A stretch of DNA of 63,565 nt, counting the filler, from Choristocarpus tenellus KU-1152 (taxonomy: Eukaryota > Protista > Phaeophyceae), in assembly GCA_964200185.2 (NCBI GenBank). It is 13 parts of 13 records of this genome, joined end to end, with 100 filler letters (N's around TTAATTAATTAA, not from the genome) between each part and the next. Parts side by side here need not be neighbours in the genome. Positions count along the whole stretch, not along the records: positions 1 to 2,916 come from CAXNAD020023678.1; positions 3,017 to 7,005 come from CAXNAD020016779.1; positions 7,106 to 10,233 come from CAXNAD020022119.1; positions 10,334 to 14,485 come from CAXNAD020015957.1; 9 more parts are not named here. One strand, written 5' to 3'. Below, piece after piece: positions 1-13,109 of the stretch. Position 1 is the stretch's first letter. Each line of letters opens with the position of its first letter. A program made the position numbers and the translations under genes. The notes under the pieces were generated by a model. The model made no database searches. It was not told the DNA's origin and saw only the letters and a list, made by a program, of their open reading frames with translations.

Positions 1-68
1 CTCGTGTCCTGGTCGTGGGTCTAGAGCCTCTTGGGAGGCAGGTGGTGGGTGGGGGTGGTGGTGGGGGT

Positions 69-105
<37 letters not shown>

Positions 106-767
106 ATTGCTTTTATCTTCCTGAACAGTTTAATATCACTGTTGCTATTTTTTTTTCCATGTAATGTACTGTGTTGTATGTTATTTTTTCTGGTGTATGT
201 AGAATAGTGAATGTAGAGATTTGCTTTGCAAAACAAGAAAATTTGTTGAATGTAATTTGTTTTTATTTTGAGCTGGCTCTATTTTAGTGTTCGTGAGTTG
301 TTTTTGAGTGTGTGTTGTGTGTGAATGGTACCAGTGATATTTGATATTTGATATTTGACGAAAAGAAAGTTTTATTTATTTGAGGCGAACAAAGTGATGG
401 AAATGGACATGATTAACAGGTACTGTGGTTATTGCCTAGTGTATCTTTTGTCTAGTTATTACCTAGTACAACTGGGTACCCACTTGTTATGTTGGATTGT
501 ATCCTAACCATATGCCTAGAGTAGAGTATGTTATTATTATTATTATTATTGTTGTTGTTCCAAATCTTCCTCCATGTATGTATTTGTGTTTAGAGTGTGT
601 GATTACAGGACCTTAAACCGATTGGTAAGAGAACAGCAATTACTTGAAATGGTGTGTACCTGAATGACATGGTCAATGTGATCGTAAAGGGGGTGGAGTG
701 GGTTCATAGAGTGCTCATAGTACAGGTCTAACCCTATCCCTAGACCTTGACCTTTTGTGTTTTTGCA

Positions 768-865
768 GTTGATTATATGATATACTTGTTGATAACAATA
801 CACTTGATGATATGATACACTTATTGATGATACGATATACCTGTTGATGATATGATACACTTGTT
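768..865. repeat. Intronic minisatellite, ~20-bp unit (TGTTGATGATATGATACACT-like), about 5 degenerate copies
   Basis: Visible repetition of (tgt)tgatgatatgatacact. Confidence 0.75.
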
Positions 866-901
866 CTGGTCTTATCACTGCACAATGATTGTATCATGCA
901 G

Positions 902-1097
902 ATTCGTGATGCAAGGGATAAACGTGCAGTGGTGGTGACTACCCCTACCTCAGTCAAGTCTTTCATGCTCAAACTGGTGGAACTGCTACACAAGCTTGAT
1001 GTCAGTCGACTCAAGAAGGTTGAGGAGGCAGAAGGCGATCCCCTGGGAACAAAGAACATGGCAAAGGGCATAAAGTATGTACATAAATATGTTATCA

Positions 1098-1132
<35 letters not shown>

Positions 1133-1491
1133 TTTATAGTTGTGTGTGGTTTTTCTTTCCCTCCAAGCCCTAACCCTAGCGCTACTCCTTGAGACTACTA
1201 GTTGGTGGTACACCCCCGACTGTGATAATAATAACAATAATAATAGTGATAGTGATTAGTATATCCTTGAGTTGTTTTCTTTCCTTTCTCTTTTTTATTA
1301 TTTGATGGTTCTTTTTCTTTGTTTTTCTGGTTATGTGTAATAGGAGAGTGCTAGGCACAGATCACCATCGTCAGCCCTGGAGTCAGAGAGGTGGAGAGGT
1401 CACAGAGTCCGTGGATGACCTCAAGAAGCAGGCTGAAATCGCTGTCAGGTTGCTTGGCATCTTCCATAAGTCAGCACTGCTGCTGGACGAG
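902..1491 (+). CDS. Two internal exons (902-1074, 1344-1491) of a large DUF3638-like protein (partial gene)
   Basis: AG/GT-bounded exons join in phase (AA|G = Lys), giving IRDARDKRAVVVTTPTSVKSFMLKLVELLH...KKQAEIAVRLLGIFHKSALLLDE. The 'PTSVKSFxLK' and 'LLDE' motifs recall DUF3638/DUF3645 proteins of stramenopiles (recognition, not a search). Confidence 0.55.
1097..1131. repeat. (TTA)n microsatellite
   Basis: Direct. A similar tract lies at ~531-550. Confidence 0.9.
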
Positions 1492-2726
1492 GTAACTCTA
1501 TATTCTTTCCACTTTTGTTTTTCAATATATGTTTTTTTGTAAATACATAAACTTTTTTTAAATATATATACTTTTTTTAAGTAAATTTTTTTAGTAAATA
1601 TGTACAATTTTTGTTGTTTGCAAAAATTTCTGTTGCTATTGTTGGTGCAAGACAGATTTTTTTTTATCATTTCTTACGCCACTTTTTTTTTTTAGGAGGA
1701 TTGCATTTTTTTGTGCGTTTGTTTTAGACGCACGATTCAGTGCACCCCATTATAATAATAATAATTATATTTGTTGTGCATTTGCATGCTGAAAGGTTTA
1801 TTGATTTTTAATATTATTAATAAAAAAAAAAAAAAAAAAAAGTTCGTAATAAAAAATTATGAATACGTAGGTTAGGGTTAGGATTAGGGTTAGTTGACAA
1901 TGGACAAGAGTCATTTTATTGTTGGTGTAAGTATTTTTTAAAAAAAGCTTTTCCTCGCCGTGACGATCTCATGTTACATACTATTAACAATTTGTTGGAA
2001 GGGGAGGGGGTCAGGGAGGGGCAAGGGTGGCTGGTGCTAGTTTTGTAAGGACTGGTGTTATTTTTCGAGGGGCTCAGAAAAAAAAAACCTTTTTGTTGTG
2101 GAGTGTTTTTTGTTGCAGGAGGGTACAATTAGCTGGCTCTATTGTTCGGGTATATGGCGGTGGATTTTACTATTTTTTTCAATCATGAATTCAGTTTTGA
2201 GTCAATTATTTTATTGTTATGTTCAACCTTTTTGAACATGTCTATCTATGGTTCTTGAACAAGTGTTGTTCTTGTTTCATTATAGTTGAGATGGTTATTG
2301 TACTGATTTGAAGTAGCAGTGGTAAGATGTATGTATGTATATGTAGCAGGGATTTGGATATGGTTAGGGCTATGGCTAAGTTGGAGGTATGGAATGACTG
2401 CATTAGAAATTGTCAGCAGATTTCTGAGTCAGCCCACCCAATCAGAGGTATACCTTAAACTGCTTGCCACACCAACTCTGTTAAACCTCCCTTTATATCG
2501 CTGTGTAGTACAAGTGCATGAGAGCATAATAGTATACAAGCTGTTTTTTATGACAATACCATTACTCTTTGTCCTCATGAAGACCACGTAGATATTGATA
2601 CTGAATTGAAACTCTGATTTGATGCTACATGTTATTATTTAGTAGGTAATTGTAATAACTAATTGTGGGTATATTTATGAGCCGTAGGATTTTCCATAGG
2701 GTTAGGTTTAGGGTTACATCTATACT

Positions 2727-2904
2727 GGCTCAAAGTATCTGGGGGGGTGACGGCTGTCCATTTGGGGCCAATTTTTTCGATGTCGTGATTTTTGTGTGAC
2801 TTGGTTACATACGTTGGATGGATAATGTAAATGCACTTTTCCTGATTTTGGACCAAATGGACACCCTTAATGTAGATCCCCCCCCCCGTCAGATACTTTG
2901 GGTC
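2727..2904 (+). mobile_element. MITE family A (~177 bp), complete copy
   Basis: TIRs GGCTCAAAGTATCTG(G)n ... (C)nGTCAGATACTTTGGGTC. The 4-bp TSD TACT is at 2723-2726 and 2905-2908. Confidence 0.85.
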
Positions 2905-2916
2905 TACTACTAATAT

Positions 2917-3016
2917 NNNNNNNNNNNNNNNNNNNNNNNNNNNNNNNNNNNNNNNNNNNNTTAATTAATTAANNNNNNNNNNNNNNNNNNNNNNNNNNNN
3001 NNNNNNNNNNNNNNNN
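2917..3016. other. Artificial contig linker (N44-TTAATTAATTAA-N44). Also at 7006, 10234, 14486, 25684, 30299, 38085, 43416, 48537, 52600, 56135 and 60789
   Basis: Twelve identical 100-bp spacers containing a six-frame stop cassette. Confidence 0.97.
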
Positions 3017-5549
3017 GGGTGGGGCTCTCGAGCCAGAGGGGGGGGTGGGGGCGAATTGGACGGTCATAGGGTTTTGAAACAAAAGGGTTCATGCCTCAAT
3101 TGTACACTATTGTTGTGTTAGAGTTGCGTCACGAAACGGTTGTGAGGGAGTTGATTGGACGATTGACTATTAATACAAATGTGTTGAATGTCTTAAGATT
3201 ACAACTACCAATAAACTATACATACCTAAAAATCTGTAATATGTGAAACAGATGGAAACGAGCAGACCTGTTCTTCGTAATGAAAGGGAACAGGAAGACC
3301 CACAGGAAGGCAAGAAAAAGGAGAGAGACAAGTCGAGAGGGAGAGCAATTCCTCAGAAGAACGCTAAGGAATGGAGTAAACAAGTGGTAAGTGAATGAGG
3401 GGGGTTTGCAAGGTCCCCTCAAACCACTCGCTATTTACTTCAAGCAGATGCTACCTTCAACATGCAAAAACAAATGTCGTATGAATTTCATATTCTTCGA
3501 GATACGTTACCTTCAAGGTATATCTTCTTTGGAAGATGGCTCTCAGAATAGGGATATATATATATATATGATCAAACTTCATTTATTGTGTAACATAATT
3601 ATGGTGTAAAATAGCGAATTGAAAGAGAATTTTTTTGTCTACCAAGTGCGAGAGATGTCTGGAGGAGGAATGACAACAATGACAATTGTTGTGGGGAAAA
3701 GTGAAATGATCACGTAGGGTTTATCGTATGAAATTGAGATTTTGCACTAGTGACACGTTAATTCCTACTTTAAACTACATCTTACATATTTTTGAAAATA
3801 TCTTTTTTCACTTTTTTGTATTGTGGAACGAATATGATCCAGAACTCGACCCCACAACTTCACGTACACATGTTCATAGTTTTCGGGTTGATCAACAAAT
3901 ATTGCCCAGAAAGGCAGGCATAGACGCCCCCTTCAGTCATTCCTCCTCCTACTATCTCTGTTTGCTCGGTGGTGGAGGACCTTCCATCCTCCTTTTCCAT
4001 AATAGACGTGGACCACGCCACCCACCCTTGTGCCCTTCCTCCTGTTGTTGCTGATTTAGCACTGTCACTGTGGCTCCTAATAGTGGTGGATGTTTTGCTT
4101 CCCATATTTTCCCCAAGCACAGTCCCCACGGCTTACCCAGGCCCAATCCCCCCCCTGTTTTGTCCTCCTCGTGCTGATTAAGCATGGTGGGTATTAGCTG
4201 GAAGAGTTTCCCCTCTTTTTCCGCCACCACATGCTCCCCCTGTTTCCCAATCACAGCATCGCACCCTGCAGGACTCCATTCTGGCCTTCAAACGTCAGCG
4301 GCAGTAGCACTCCATTATTTTGGTTGTTGCAAGTGTGAGACACAGGAGTTCTAAAATAAATAGGATCGATTATCACTTGACAGCATGCATTGTCACAACA
4401 GGTAGATCTGAGTGCGTGTAATTATTGAGATGGGTTGGGTAATTCTGTTGACAATCCATAAAGAAGTTAGTGCAACGTAAGGTGCAGGGACCAAGCACAC
4501 AACAAGAAGAGGATCTTATAATGTGAAACACTCAAGGAGGTAGAAAAGTCATCTTTGCCACGAGTAAGTCTAAGGCATAGATACGAACACCGCAAAAATA
4601 ATGGAGCGCAGGCCACACTCTAATTTCTGTTGCTTGGATCCCACAGCTCCAACCACCTATCTACTTCACGCATTTGGGAGGTCTCATAAAGGGAAGTCTT
4701 TACGCCCATAGACCCACACAATACATATCTTGAACGACACCCTCATCTTGTCCACATTGAGCAGCAGTAAGTAGATTGCAAAAGTAGCTTTCCTTGGTAC
4801 AATTCCTCAAAAAACCACTTTGTGGGACATTATTGGGAGAGACCTCATCGCACTGGGAACAGCAAGTTTCAACGGAGGTGGAAACAGTGCCAGACTGACG
4901 AAAAAAAATTGCTCACCACAGTTACGAAGTGCAAACCAAATCAATTATCCCTTCAGGACTCTAGTCTGGTCCGTGTGTGGTGTCTTGTGCAAGCAAAAGA
5001 CAAGCAGTCCTGAAATATGTCTCTAGTAGCATTGTGGGAAAGTGAACAAACCGCGCAGCTCACCAATACGTGATTGAGGGCACAACAATGACCGTAACCT
5101 TTCTCTTTCCTGGCATGACAGGCAGCCAGTTAGCTGGGTTCCTACCCACGCCAATCTCGTTTGGGGATCCTTCCACAATCGCACGTCTATCAACACGGCA
5201 TGATCCATCTCACCTCCAAAAAATCACCCATGTGCGATAAAATAGCTTCACTCCACTCAGCAATAAAATATGTGTGTACAAATAGTACATTATTAAGTGA
5301 AGGTGGAATGGTGGTTGCAGGCTTGATCAGTTGTAAACTGAGGGGGTGAAAGGCTCAGGAATCTTCCATATTCTACATAGACAATTTCGATTATACTCTC
5401 TGGAAGTGCTGTATACTTACTGCATACCTTAATCTCTTTCTGGTTGGAATCCTATACTCCCGTTTCCCCTACAATCTTAAAAAGCAAACAATGATGCAAG
5501 CGTGCCACCACCAATACCACTACAGCAACTTGTTTTTAGCAGAAATACA

Positions 5550-5551
<2 letters not shown>

Positions 5552-5583
<32 letters not shown>
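5552..5583. repeat. (GA)n microsatellite
   Basis: Direct. Confidence 0.9.
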
Positions 5584-5585
<2 letters not shown>

Positions 5586-5795
5586 ATGCCGCACAAGTGC
5601 AGCACCAAATGAAAACTAGTGAAGGGGAAAGAAAATATATACACAATATTGCTCCATCAATAGTGGAACTCAATGCAGCCATAGTACTAAGTACCCGACC
5701 TAAGTTTTTGTCAACACTGTGCTCTAGCTTCACATTGCATGCAGCCCACAACTAAGCACTTCAGTGGGTTGGCATTGAGTTAAAATCTGAGCCTA

Positions 5796-6094
5796 CTATA
5801 CCATGCTACCATTCTCTCCTTCACGGGGTCTGCTTCCCCCCCCCCCTCCCTTAGTTCCCCTCCAAGCTGAAGACCCTTGTTCTAGCTCTGCACTATCCCC
5901 AAACAAAGCCTTCGTCAGCTCTACAAACTCCAATGGTTTCAGCTGTTCCGGCCGGCGGGTTGCAAACTCTTCGGGCAGGGTCTGCCCCGCCCGCAGCAGT
6001 GGCTTGAGACTTTGGCGAAGCATTTTTCGACGTTGCTGAAACGATGCTGATAGGACAGACTTGAGTGCCGCTTGATTAACCCCAGGACCCTTGC
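5796..6094 (-). CDS. Terminal exon of a KsgA/RsmA/Dim1-family SSU rRNA adenine dimethyltransferase
   Basis: After an AAG acceptor the exon reads KGPGVNQAALKSVLSASFQQRRKMLRQSLKPLL...RRPEQLKPLEFVELTKALFG. FxQRRKMLRxSL and RPEQL are hallmarks of the KsgA C-terminal domain. It ends in TAG. Confidence 0.85.
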
Positions 6095-6823
6095 CTTTGC
6101 ATCATGAGGGGTAAAGGGGTGAGAGCAAAAACCATGCGGGGGATAAAGGGGGGAGGAAGTGGGGCATGTCTGAGTGGGAAAGGTCTCCGAGGGTCCCTGA
6201 TCTGCAGTGGAATTGCTACCGTACGAATTATGTGCCTTGAAGCATCGTATCGCTTGCCTGCTGTACCATACTATTACTTTCGGCTAGAGCTACTTGTACC
6301 CTCACAAGATTTCTTGGAATAAAGCTCACGTGCAATAGGTAGTACAAATAGATAAAGGAGGGAGAACTCCCGGGGCACTGTAGAGCTCTGCTACAATCCA
6401 CATGACATCAGTGTGCTGGTCAGAAAAAAAAGTAACTTAGTACAACGCATTGCTTACTACTAACGTACATACAATGGAGTAGAATGCAGCAATACTAACA
6501 TGCCACTACCATACTTGAAAAGTACTTTTCACTATGTTAAATACATTAATACATAATCCTCATTGAAATAGGTGGAGTGATGTATTACTACCACTGATGT
6601 CCCATCTCATCACAATCGTCACTACTAAATACCAATCTTGGTTAAATTACAGAGAGAAGGGTAGAATATAACCCTAGTCATAGCAGGCAATAGTACAGAC
6701 AGGTTAGGAAATGCCCCAAAGAACACCTTACACTCAGAGTGACTCACATCGTATGTATACCACACAAAGGCTGCACAGTGAACCAATCTAACCTTCAAAC
6801 ATGACTAACCAAACCACAAGCGA

Positions 6824-6997
6824 GGCTGAAAGTATCTGAGGGGGAGGGTAACGGCTGTCCATTTGGGTCCCATTTTTCCATATCGCGATTTTTGTGTGAT
6901 TTGGTTGCATGCGTCAGATGGATAATGTAGGTGTACTTCTGCTGGTCAGGGCCTGAATGGATAACCTGGTATAGACCACCCCCCCCCCCCCCCCCCC
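6824..6997 (+). mobile_element. MITE family A copy, truncated at a C-tract near the contig end
   Basis: Begins GGCTGAAAGTATCTGAGGGGG; the internal body matches 2727-2904. A right-end fragment starts the next contig (7106-7140). Confidence 0.8.
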
Positions 6998-7426
6998 ATC
7001 ATGTGNNNNNNNNNNNNNNNNNNNNNNNNNNNNNNNNNNNNNNNNNNNNTTAATTAATTAANNNNNNNNNNNNNNNNNNNNNNNNNNNNNNNNNNNNNNN
7101 NNNNNTGTAGACCCCCCCCCTCCCTCAGATACTTTGGGTCTTATGGTACTGACGCTTCAAGTACATTGACCTGGGGATGATTCATTCTGGGGTTTGGACT
7201 AAGGCAAAATTGTTAGGACTACGGTGATTGTCCATGTATATGGACCACTCTAGTATTTGAGGTAATACTGAGTATGGCTTGAAGGCTATGTTTCTCTCGA
7301 GATTTGAGGCCTGGCACAGAATCATAACCTGCTTTAAGTTTCACCAGTCCTTGCAGTCCCCCTCGTCTCCTCACACATCGCTGAATGTCACCCTTCTTTT
7401 GTACTGACTGACTTGAGACGAGCTAG

Positions 7427-7558
7427 GAGTGCCTAACCAAAATGAGGAATGTGGAGCAGGGCTTGGTGAAAGCTGAGTTGCGGAATGCCACAGTAGCTGA
7501 AATTTTGAACTCACAACGACGGGAAAACATTCTTCGAAACGAACGAGAGCTTCACCAG
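7427..7558 (+). CDS. Isolated internal exon, coiled-coil-like, unknown gene
   Basis: A TAG acceptor and CAG|GT donor bound 132 nt open in phase 0: ECLTKMRNVEQGLVKAELRNATVAEILNSQRRENILRNERELHQ. Confidence 0.5.
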
Positions 7559-7863
7559 GTTTGGCATTTTTGACTTACCAGTTTCACCCCTTTTCCCTAA
7601 GGAAGCGCTCCTTTTTGCAGTTTGTGAAGCAGGACCCTGACAACATCTTCTCATTGTCGAATTCTTAAGCGGGGATAGTTATTTCTTGGTTGTGACTATA
7701 AAAAAAATGAACTCACGTGAACAAGAGGTAACCGTGGTTGTATTTTAATTATAAGATGAAAAATGTGCAAATTTTGGCTTTTTGTACAAACGCGTGAAGG
7801 GACTTTCTGAATTCTATCAAAAATGTTAAAACAACAGAAAAACGAACACTCTCAAGTGAATCT

Positions 7864-8072
7864 GAGCCAAAGTATCTTAGATGGTAGAGCAGTGTCTATT
7901 TGGGGGTCAAAATCCAATGTTGTGATTTTGATGTAATTTTGGCTATGGTGTTTGTTAGGAAGCGTCAATATCTATGTTTCCGACACACCTTTCTTAACGT
8001 ACACATTTTACCTACTCCTAAACATTTAGGAGTAGGAAAAAGTCATAAAAAAAAAAGGTGGGAAGCCAAGCA
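7864..8072 (-). mobile_element. MITE family B copy, truncated
   Basis: GAGCCAAAGTATCTTAGA terminus; the body is the reverse complement of 50579-50836. Confidence 0.8.
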
Positions 8073-9706
8073 CTACACAGTGACTCAGAGAAATAATCTT
8101 AGATATAAAAAAACAAACAAACTAGTAGGATTTGAATTCATAGAAATGTGATTGAATTATATATTATTTTAAAATAAAATAAATTAAAATAAGTGGCTTT
8201 GCATGTAAAACGCCCAAAACCTAGGTACCTCTCATTTACCTTGACTCAGTGAGCCAAGCAATCCTCACTGCCTCTCAGTGATAATCCAGGAGATAACCCA
8301 ACCAACCACCTCGCCCGATTTGCCTGCTTTCCTTGTGCCTCAATCGGTTGTCGGGGGATCAACACCTACAACCTTAGGTTAACACCCAGCCCCCAGTGGT
8401 GAAATGCCAAGATGTCCGCAGGATGCTGGCATGCCAAGAGCAAGACATGCACATGTTCAGTAATCCCTTGACCTACCGTAGCCGCCTCTTCTTTACCCGT
8501 TTCGCCTTCAACTTCAAGGAGGCAGAGCAACAAATACAGGTGAAGGAATTTCAATTTCGTGGAGCTTTTTGTTGGAAGATAAAAAAAAAAAACACCAACA
8601 CACCGTAGTTCTAGACTGAGAAGTAAAGAACGTCAAGAAATAAATAGGGGCACATGTGTGTTACAGAGAGAAAGTGGAGGTGCATTACGCTTTCATAAGA
8701 AGGACATGTACCGTATCGAACTACAGGAAATTGTTGCTCACATCTTTCGTAGGAGAGGTGTATCGATTGACAGACACCACCCATTGCCAACTCTTGAAGT
8801 ATGAAGGAGTACAAACAAATATCAGTACAGGACCATGGTCTTCGTTCATATAGCGTCATTCTTCCCTTGGGAAGAAGGATTATTTTCTGAGAAAAAGAGG
8901 GAGGAGAGAGGGGGGGCAGCAGTTGTACCTCAGCAAGAAAGTGAACCGAAACGTAACTCTCACTTGCCCCAATCCCGGCGCTACCCTCTTCCCATCAGGA
9001 CACCATTTCATTGGACATGAAGAGAGAGTCCCATGGCAAAATGAAAGGAACATGTGGAAGTCTGCAAAATTCCTCTGCCATTGCTCTCAGATTAGATACA
9101 TCTATCCCCACGAGAAATGCTGATAAGCATACCACCAACATTGTCTCAATTGAAGGAGATTCTATCAATTCTCCCTTAAGGAGCAGCGGTATCCTGAAGG
9201 CAAATACCTTCGATAAATCTGTGATCACCAGTGGTTCTTCCATTGCCCCTAGAAAAGGCACTGCAGGAGTGAGAGGAGTTAGGTTGAAGGAAAGCAGGGA
9301 GTCGAGGGTGGGGCTGGGACTAGGGGTAGAGGTAGGGATATGGGTAGGGGTAGGGGTAGGGAGCCTCAGACAGAAAAGGAGAGGCAGGAATACAAGAGCA
9401 TCTCCCCTCTCAAAAGGGAATAGACGTATGCCATTGCGTGAGGCTGCTGTTGTTGGACATGATGCATTGAACTTGCGTCGTTTTGGGGGGCAAGATTGTC
9501 AGGGTTGAATCTGAAGTAGCATTATCAGTGGATAATGATGCGGCTAATGTTATGAGGTCTGTCTTCTGTTGCTGTGTAATTTCATTGCTGCACGTTCGTG
9601 TTTTTTCTGTATTCCTTAGGACTTGACTTGTATCTCGGTAGGTCATAAAATCTTCTTGTTGTACATCCTCATTCACTCCCTTGAGGATGAGTAGAGGCAA
9701 ACCAAG

Positions 9707-9883
9707 GACTCAAAGTATCTGGGGGGGGTGGTGGCTGTCCAATTGGGTCCCATTTTTCCATGTCGCAATCTTTGGGTGATTTGGTAATGTGTGTCAGATG
9801 GATAATGTAAGTACACTTTTCCTGGTCAGGGTCTGAATGGACACCCTGGTGTATATCCCCCCCCCCCAAACATACTTTGAGCC
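9707..9883 (+). mobile_element. MITE family A, complete copy
   Basis: GACTCAAAGTATCTG(G)n ... (C)n..ATACTTTGAGCC, with TSD CAAG on both sides. Confidence 0.85.
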
Positions 9884-10531
9884 CAAGCTGACACTCGGAG
9901 ATGAGTAGGACCTCCAGAGGATGGGAGTAGGAGCAACTGGTCGTGGTTGACCTGGAAAGCATGCAGTAGCGTTCAACCACAACAGACAGCTCTATTCTTG
10001 TCGAACACTGGGCGTCAATCACAACTACAAGGGGGGAATCCCCCAACAAATTTCCGCTTAGTTCTGTTTTTGGTCTAAACATGAAGCATCTTGTCTGTTA
10101 TATTTTCTATCATGGAGGAGACTTGTGCCAGATGTTAACTTGCCGATTATTTTTGCCTGTCTATATATATATATATGTATCATGCACATACCGGGGGGAC
10201 CGGTAACGGTTTTGGTATTCTTATAATAATACGNNNNNNNNNNNNNNNNNNNNNNNNNNNNNNNNNNNNNNNNNNNNTTAATTAATTAANNNNNNNNNNN
10301 NNNNNNNNNNNNNNNNNNNNNNNNNNNNNNNNNACACTTCACTATTGTCTTATTTTGCACAATTACGTCTAATCCGTTTTAGTGCAGCCCTGCTCTTTGG
10401 GGGGGTGGCAACGGTTTACCAAATCTCAACATAGCAGGCAAAGGTACGTTACATGCAGCAGCAAACCCCAGAGGGTACCATATTCCACCAATGCAGGTAT
10501 GGGGGTCATGCAAACTTCCAATAGCGTTTCT

Positions 10532-10741
10532 GAGTGAAAGTATCTTGGAGGGTACGAGTTTTGCTCTGTTTGTCCAAAATGTGTTGGAGTAGGGAAAGTG
10601 TATACGTTATGAAAAGTTGCGTTCAGAACATGGATATTGACACTTCCTAACAAACACAATAGCCAAAATTACATCAATATCGCTACATTGGATTTTGGCC
10701 CCCAAATGGACGCGGCTCTGTCCTCTAAGATACTTTGGCTC
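10532..10741 (+). mobile_element. MITE family B, internally deleted copy
   Basis: GAGTGAAAGTATCTTGGAGGGTAC ... CTCTAAGATACTTTGGCTC. Flanks TTCT/TTCC (1 mismatch). Confidence 0.8.
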
Positions 10742-13109
10742 TTCCCTAAGAGGATAAAGTGCTAAATGTGGCATTTAGGATATTGGTGGGGCTGCCATAC
10801 GAAGTGATCTTAGGAGCAGCATTTTGTAGACAACAGCAGAGCATATTATCATTTAGAGGAGGTCAAGGCTTCCAATCATCCTGAACAGTCACCATGGGTA
10901 CATTTTGTCAGAGTTCCAATTCCCAGATCCTGCAGTAGCAGTGTATCCTTATCAGCCCTTAGCAAATGGCATTGTAGTACAAAGGAAAATTCTTAAATTG
11001 ATAGTTGTCAGACTGGATAAAAAAACAGAAGCAATGAACAGCTTTATCTCACTACAGTTGGATGTTTATCATGCCTACTGGGACCTTTACAAACCTAACA
11101 CAAGACCACGCCCAGCAATGTTCCCATCCAAGAAAAACTCTTGTGCCGAGAGGATGTGTTATGCCTCTTCCCTATAGGTAACATTTTTTTTTAAGTCGTG
11201 GAAGGGTGAAAGAGGAAGAGACAGGTGGTGCACAGGTACAGTTTCTGACTGGCTTCTTCAGGAGACCTCCTAGCAGGTAACAACTATATACCAGAAAGAC
11301 AAGGTGAGGATTAGCTGGTGCATACCAGAACAAGAGAATAAGGCATCGATAGTCAAAGACATTGAAAGGAACGTACAATAGCAGAAGTTGGAACCAAGAA
11401 GTCGCCCACATCAGATCATACAGTAATATATATGGGTGAGCATAGCTTGTAGTCTATCGGAAAAAAACAAATGACATTAAGTTTTGCTTTGTCTGTTTTG
11501 CAACTGATTTCTGTGATGTTACATTTTTTGTTTATTTTAAAGAGTATCACACACTTCTGTTCTTTTTTTTTCTTTTCTTGGTTCTGATCCTACAATTCAA
11601 TTTAATTTTTTATGCTAGATATTATTCTATTTTCTCCCATTTTTTTTTCTCATTATCTATTCTCTTCTTTCTTTTCTTTTTCTTCTTTCATTTTTTTCTG
11701 TCATTGCCTGTTTTGCGCACTAGTCGCCTTGAGTGTGCTTTGTGGTTTGGGGGCGTAAGACAGGCAACCAGCAGATACTCAGTAGGTCATGAATAGTACA
11801 CGGGTTGTGAGTCTATTCCTTGATAGCACTTACGATGCAGACCCAGAATATAACTTTGCAGCCTTTGGAACAGAGGATCAATAAATTGTAGGTCTAGTCA
11901 GAGCTGTATACTTGTAACTTTTGAAGGTCTAGTTCAGAAATAACATGTCTATACTCGAATTAGGTCAGATACAATTTGATGAGATTATATCCTGTGACCT
12001 TGTGGACAGAAACTTTCAAAGAGAACATGGATATAAACAAATCACATTCTGAATTAGAGAGATCGGAACTGAGATAATTTAAGGCCATGTCAGAGATGTA
12101 TACTTTGTACCTTTTGAAGGTGTGCTTCAGAAGGAACAAGTGTATACTCACGGGCTAGACCAGACGCAAGCTGACTCTGATGGTATTCTCTGACCCTTGG
12201 GTCAGATTCTCGCGAGGAAAACAAGGATATCTGTTGATCTATTTTGGGCCTAGTCGGAGTTAAATATACATTTTTATGAAAATATATACTCTGATTGGTC
12301 AGATATTTATTGATACTGACTGTGCCTTATGACGTTTGGGGGTTCATTCCCAAAATAAATTAGGAGATATGTCGATCATTGTTGGAAACAATCGGTTAAA
12401 TTCGAACTGGAATCCCTGTGTTGGAAACAACTAGCAAATTTGGATCTGGAGCCCCTCTGTCACTCATTAAACAGCAACCAATATATGCTGCTGGAGCATG
12501 GTCTGAGGTGATGAATGATATTTATTATCTGCCACCCGTCATAATCGCCTGCGGTAAGCGTGAAACATGTATACCTAGTCCACGCTGGGGGGCATGTTAC
12601 AGGCGAATAGCGCAAGTATTTTTTCCCGTGCTCTATCCAGCGTGAGCAGTGTACGCGCGTGTGGAACCCCAAAAGGAAACCCCGATTTGCTAAAGTTGCA
12701 GAGTAAGATTTGTCACTTGGGAATGTATGAAACGGTTTTCAGATGTATTTCAACGTCTGTAAACCGGAATAAATAAACAGTAAATGATGATCAAGAGATC
12801 ACCCACATCTTACTTTTCTGATACCAATTTTTTTGCATATGTGGAAAGCATGTTTGTCTGTTGTTATATCGTTACTGCTGTATGCCATATATATTTTGTA
12901 CCGATTGAGGTTTCCTTGTCAGGAATCTGTGGATATCTCTACAACCAGAGATGTCACACATCAAAGATTCAGTCTTGCACTTGTCCAACCTTAACCTCGT
13001 CCTCTCGGTTACGGTTTGTCTTGGTACGTCTGGTCCGTCTTGCCCGATGATTCTCTTCGCCACCCTTACCTGAGTGAATCACACCGCCACAGAATCACGC
13101 GATTCATAT

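Noticed and set aside
21-236. Poly-proline ORF
   Set aside because: It is a translation of a G homopolymer.
768-865. Short repeats as a CRISPR array
   Set aside because: There are no unique spacers and no cas genes; it lies in a eukaryotic intron.
2961-2972. Recurrent TTAATTAATTAA as a biological repeat or CRISPR-like spacer unit
   Set aside because: It is always centred in identical N runs, so it is an artificial linker. Adjacency across linkers carries no biological meaning.
9011-9700. 165-aa ORF and overlapping minus-strand ORFs
   Set aside because: No recognisable domain, low complexity and frame-broken; probably TE debris.
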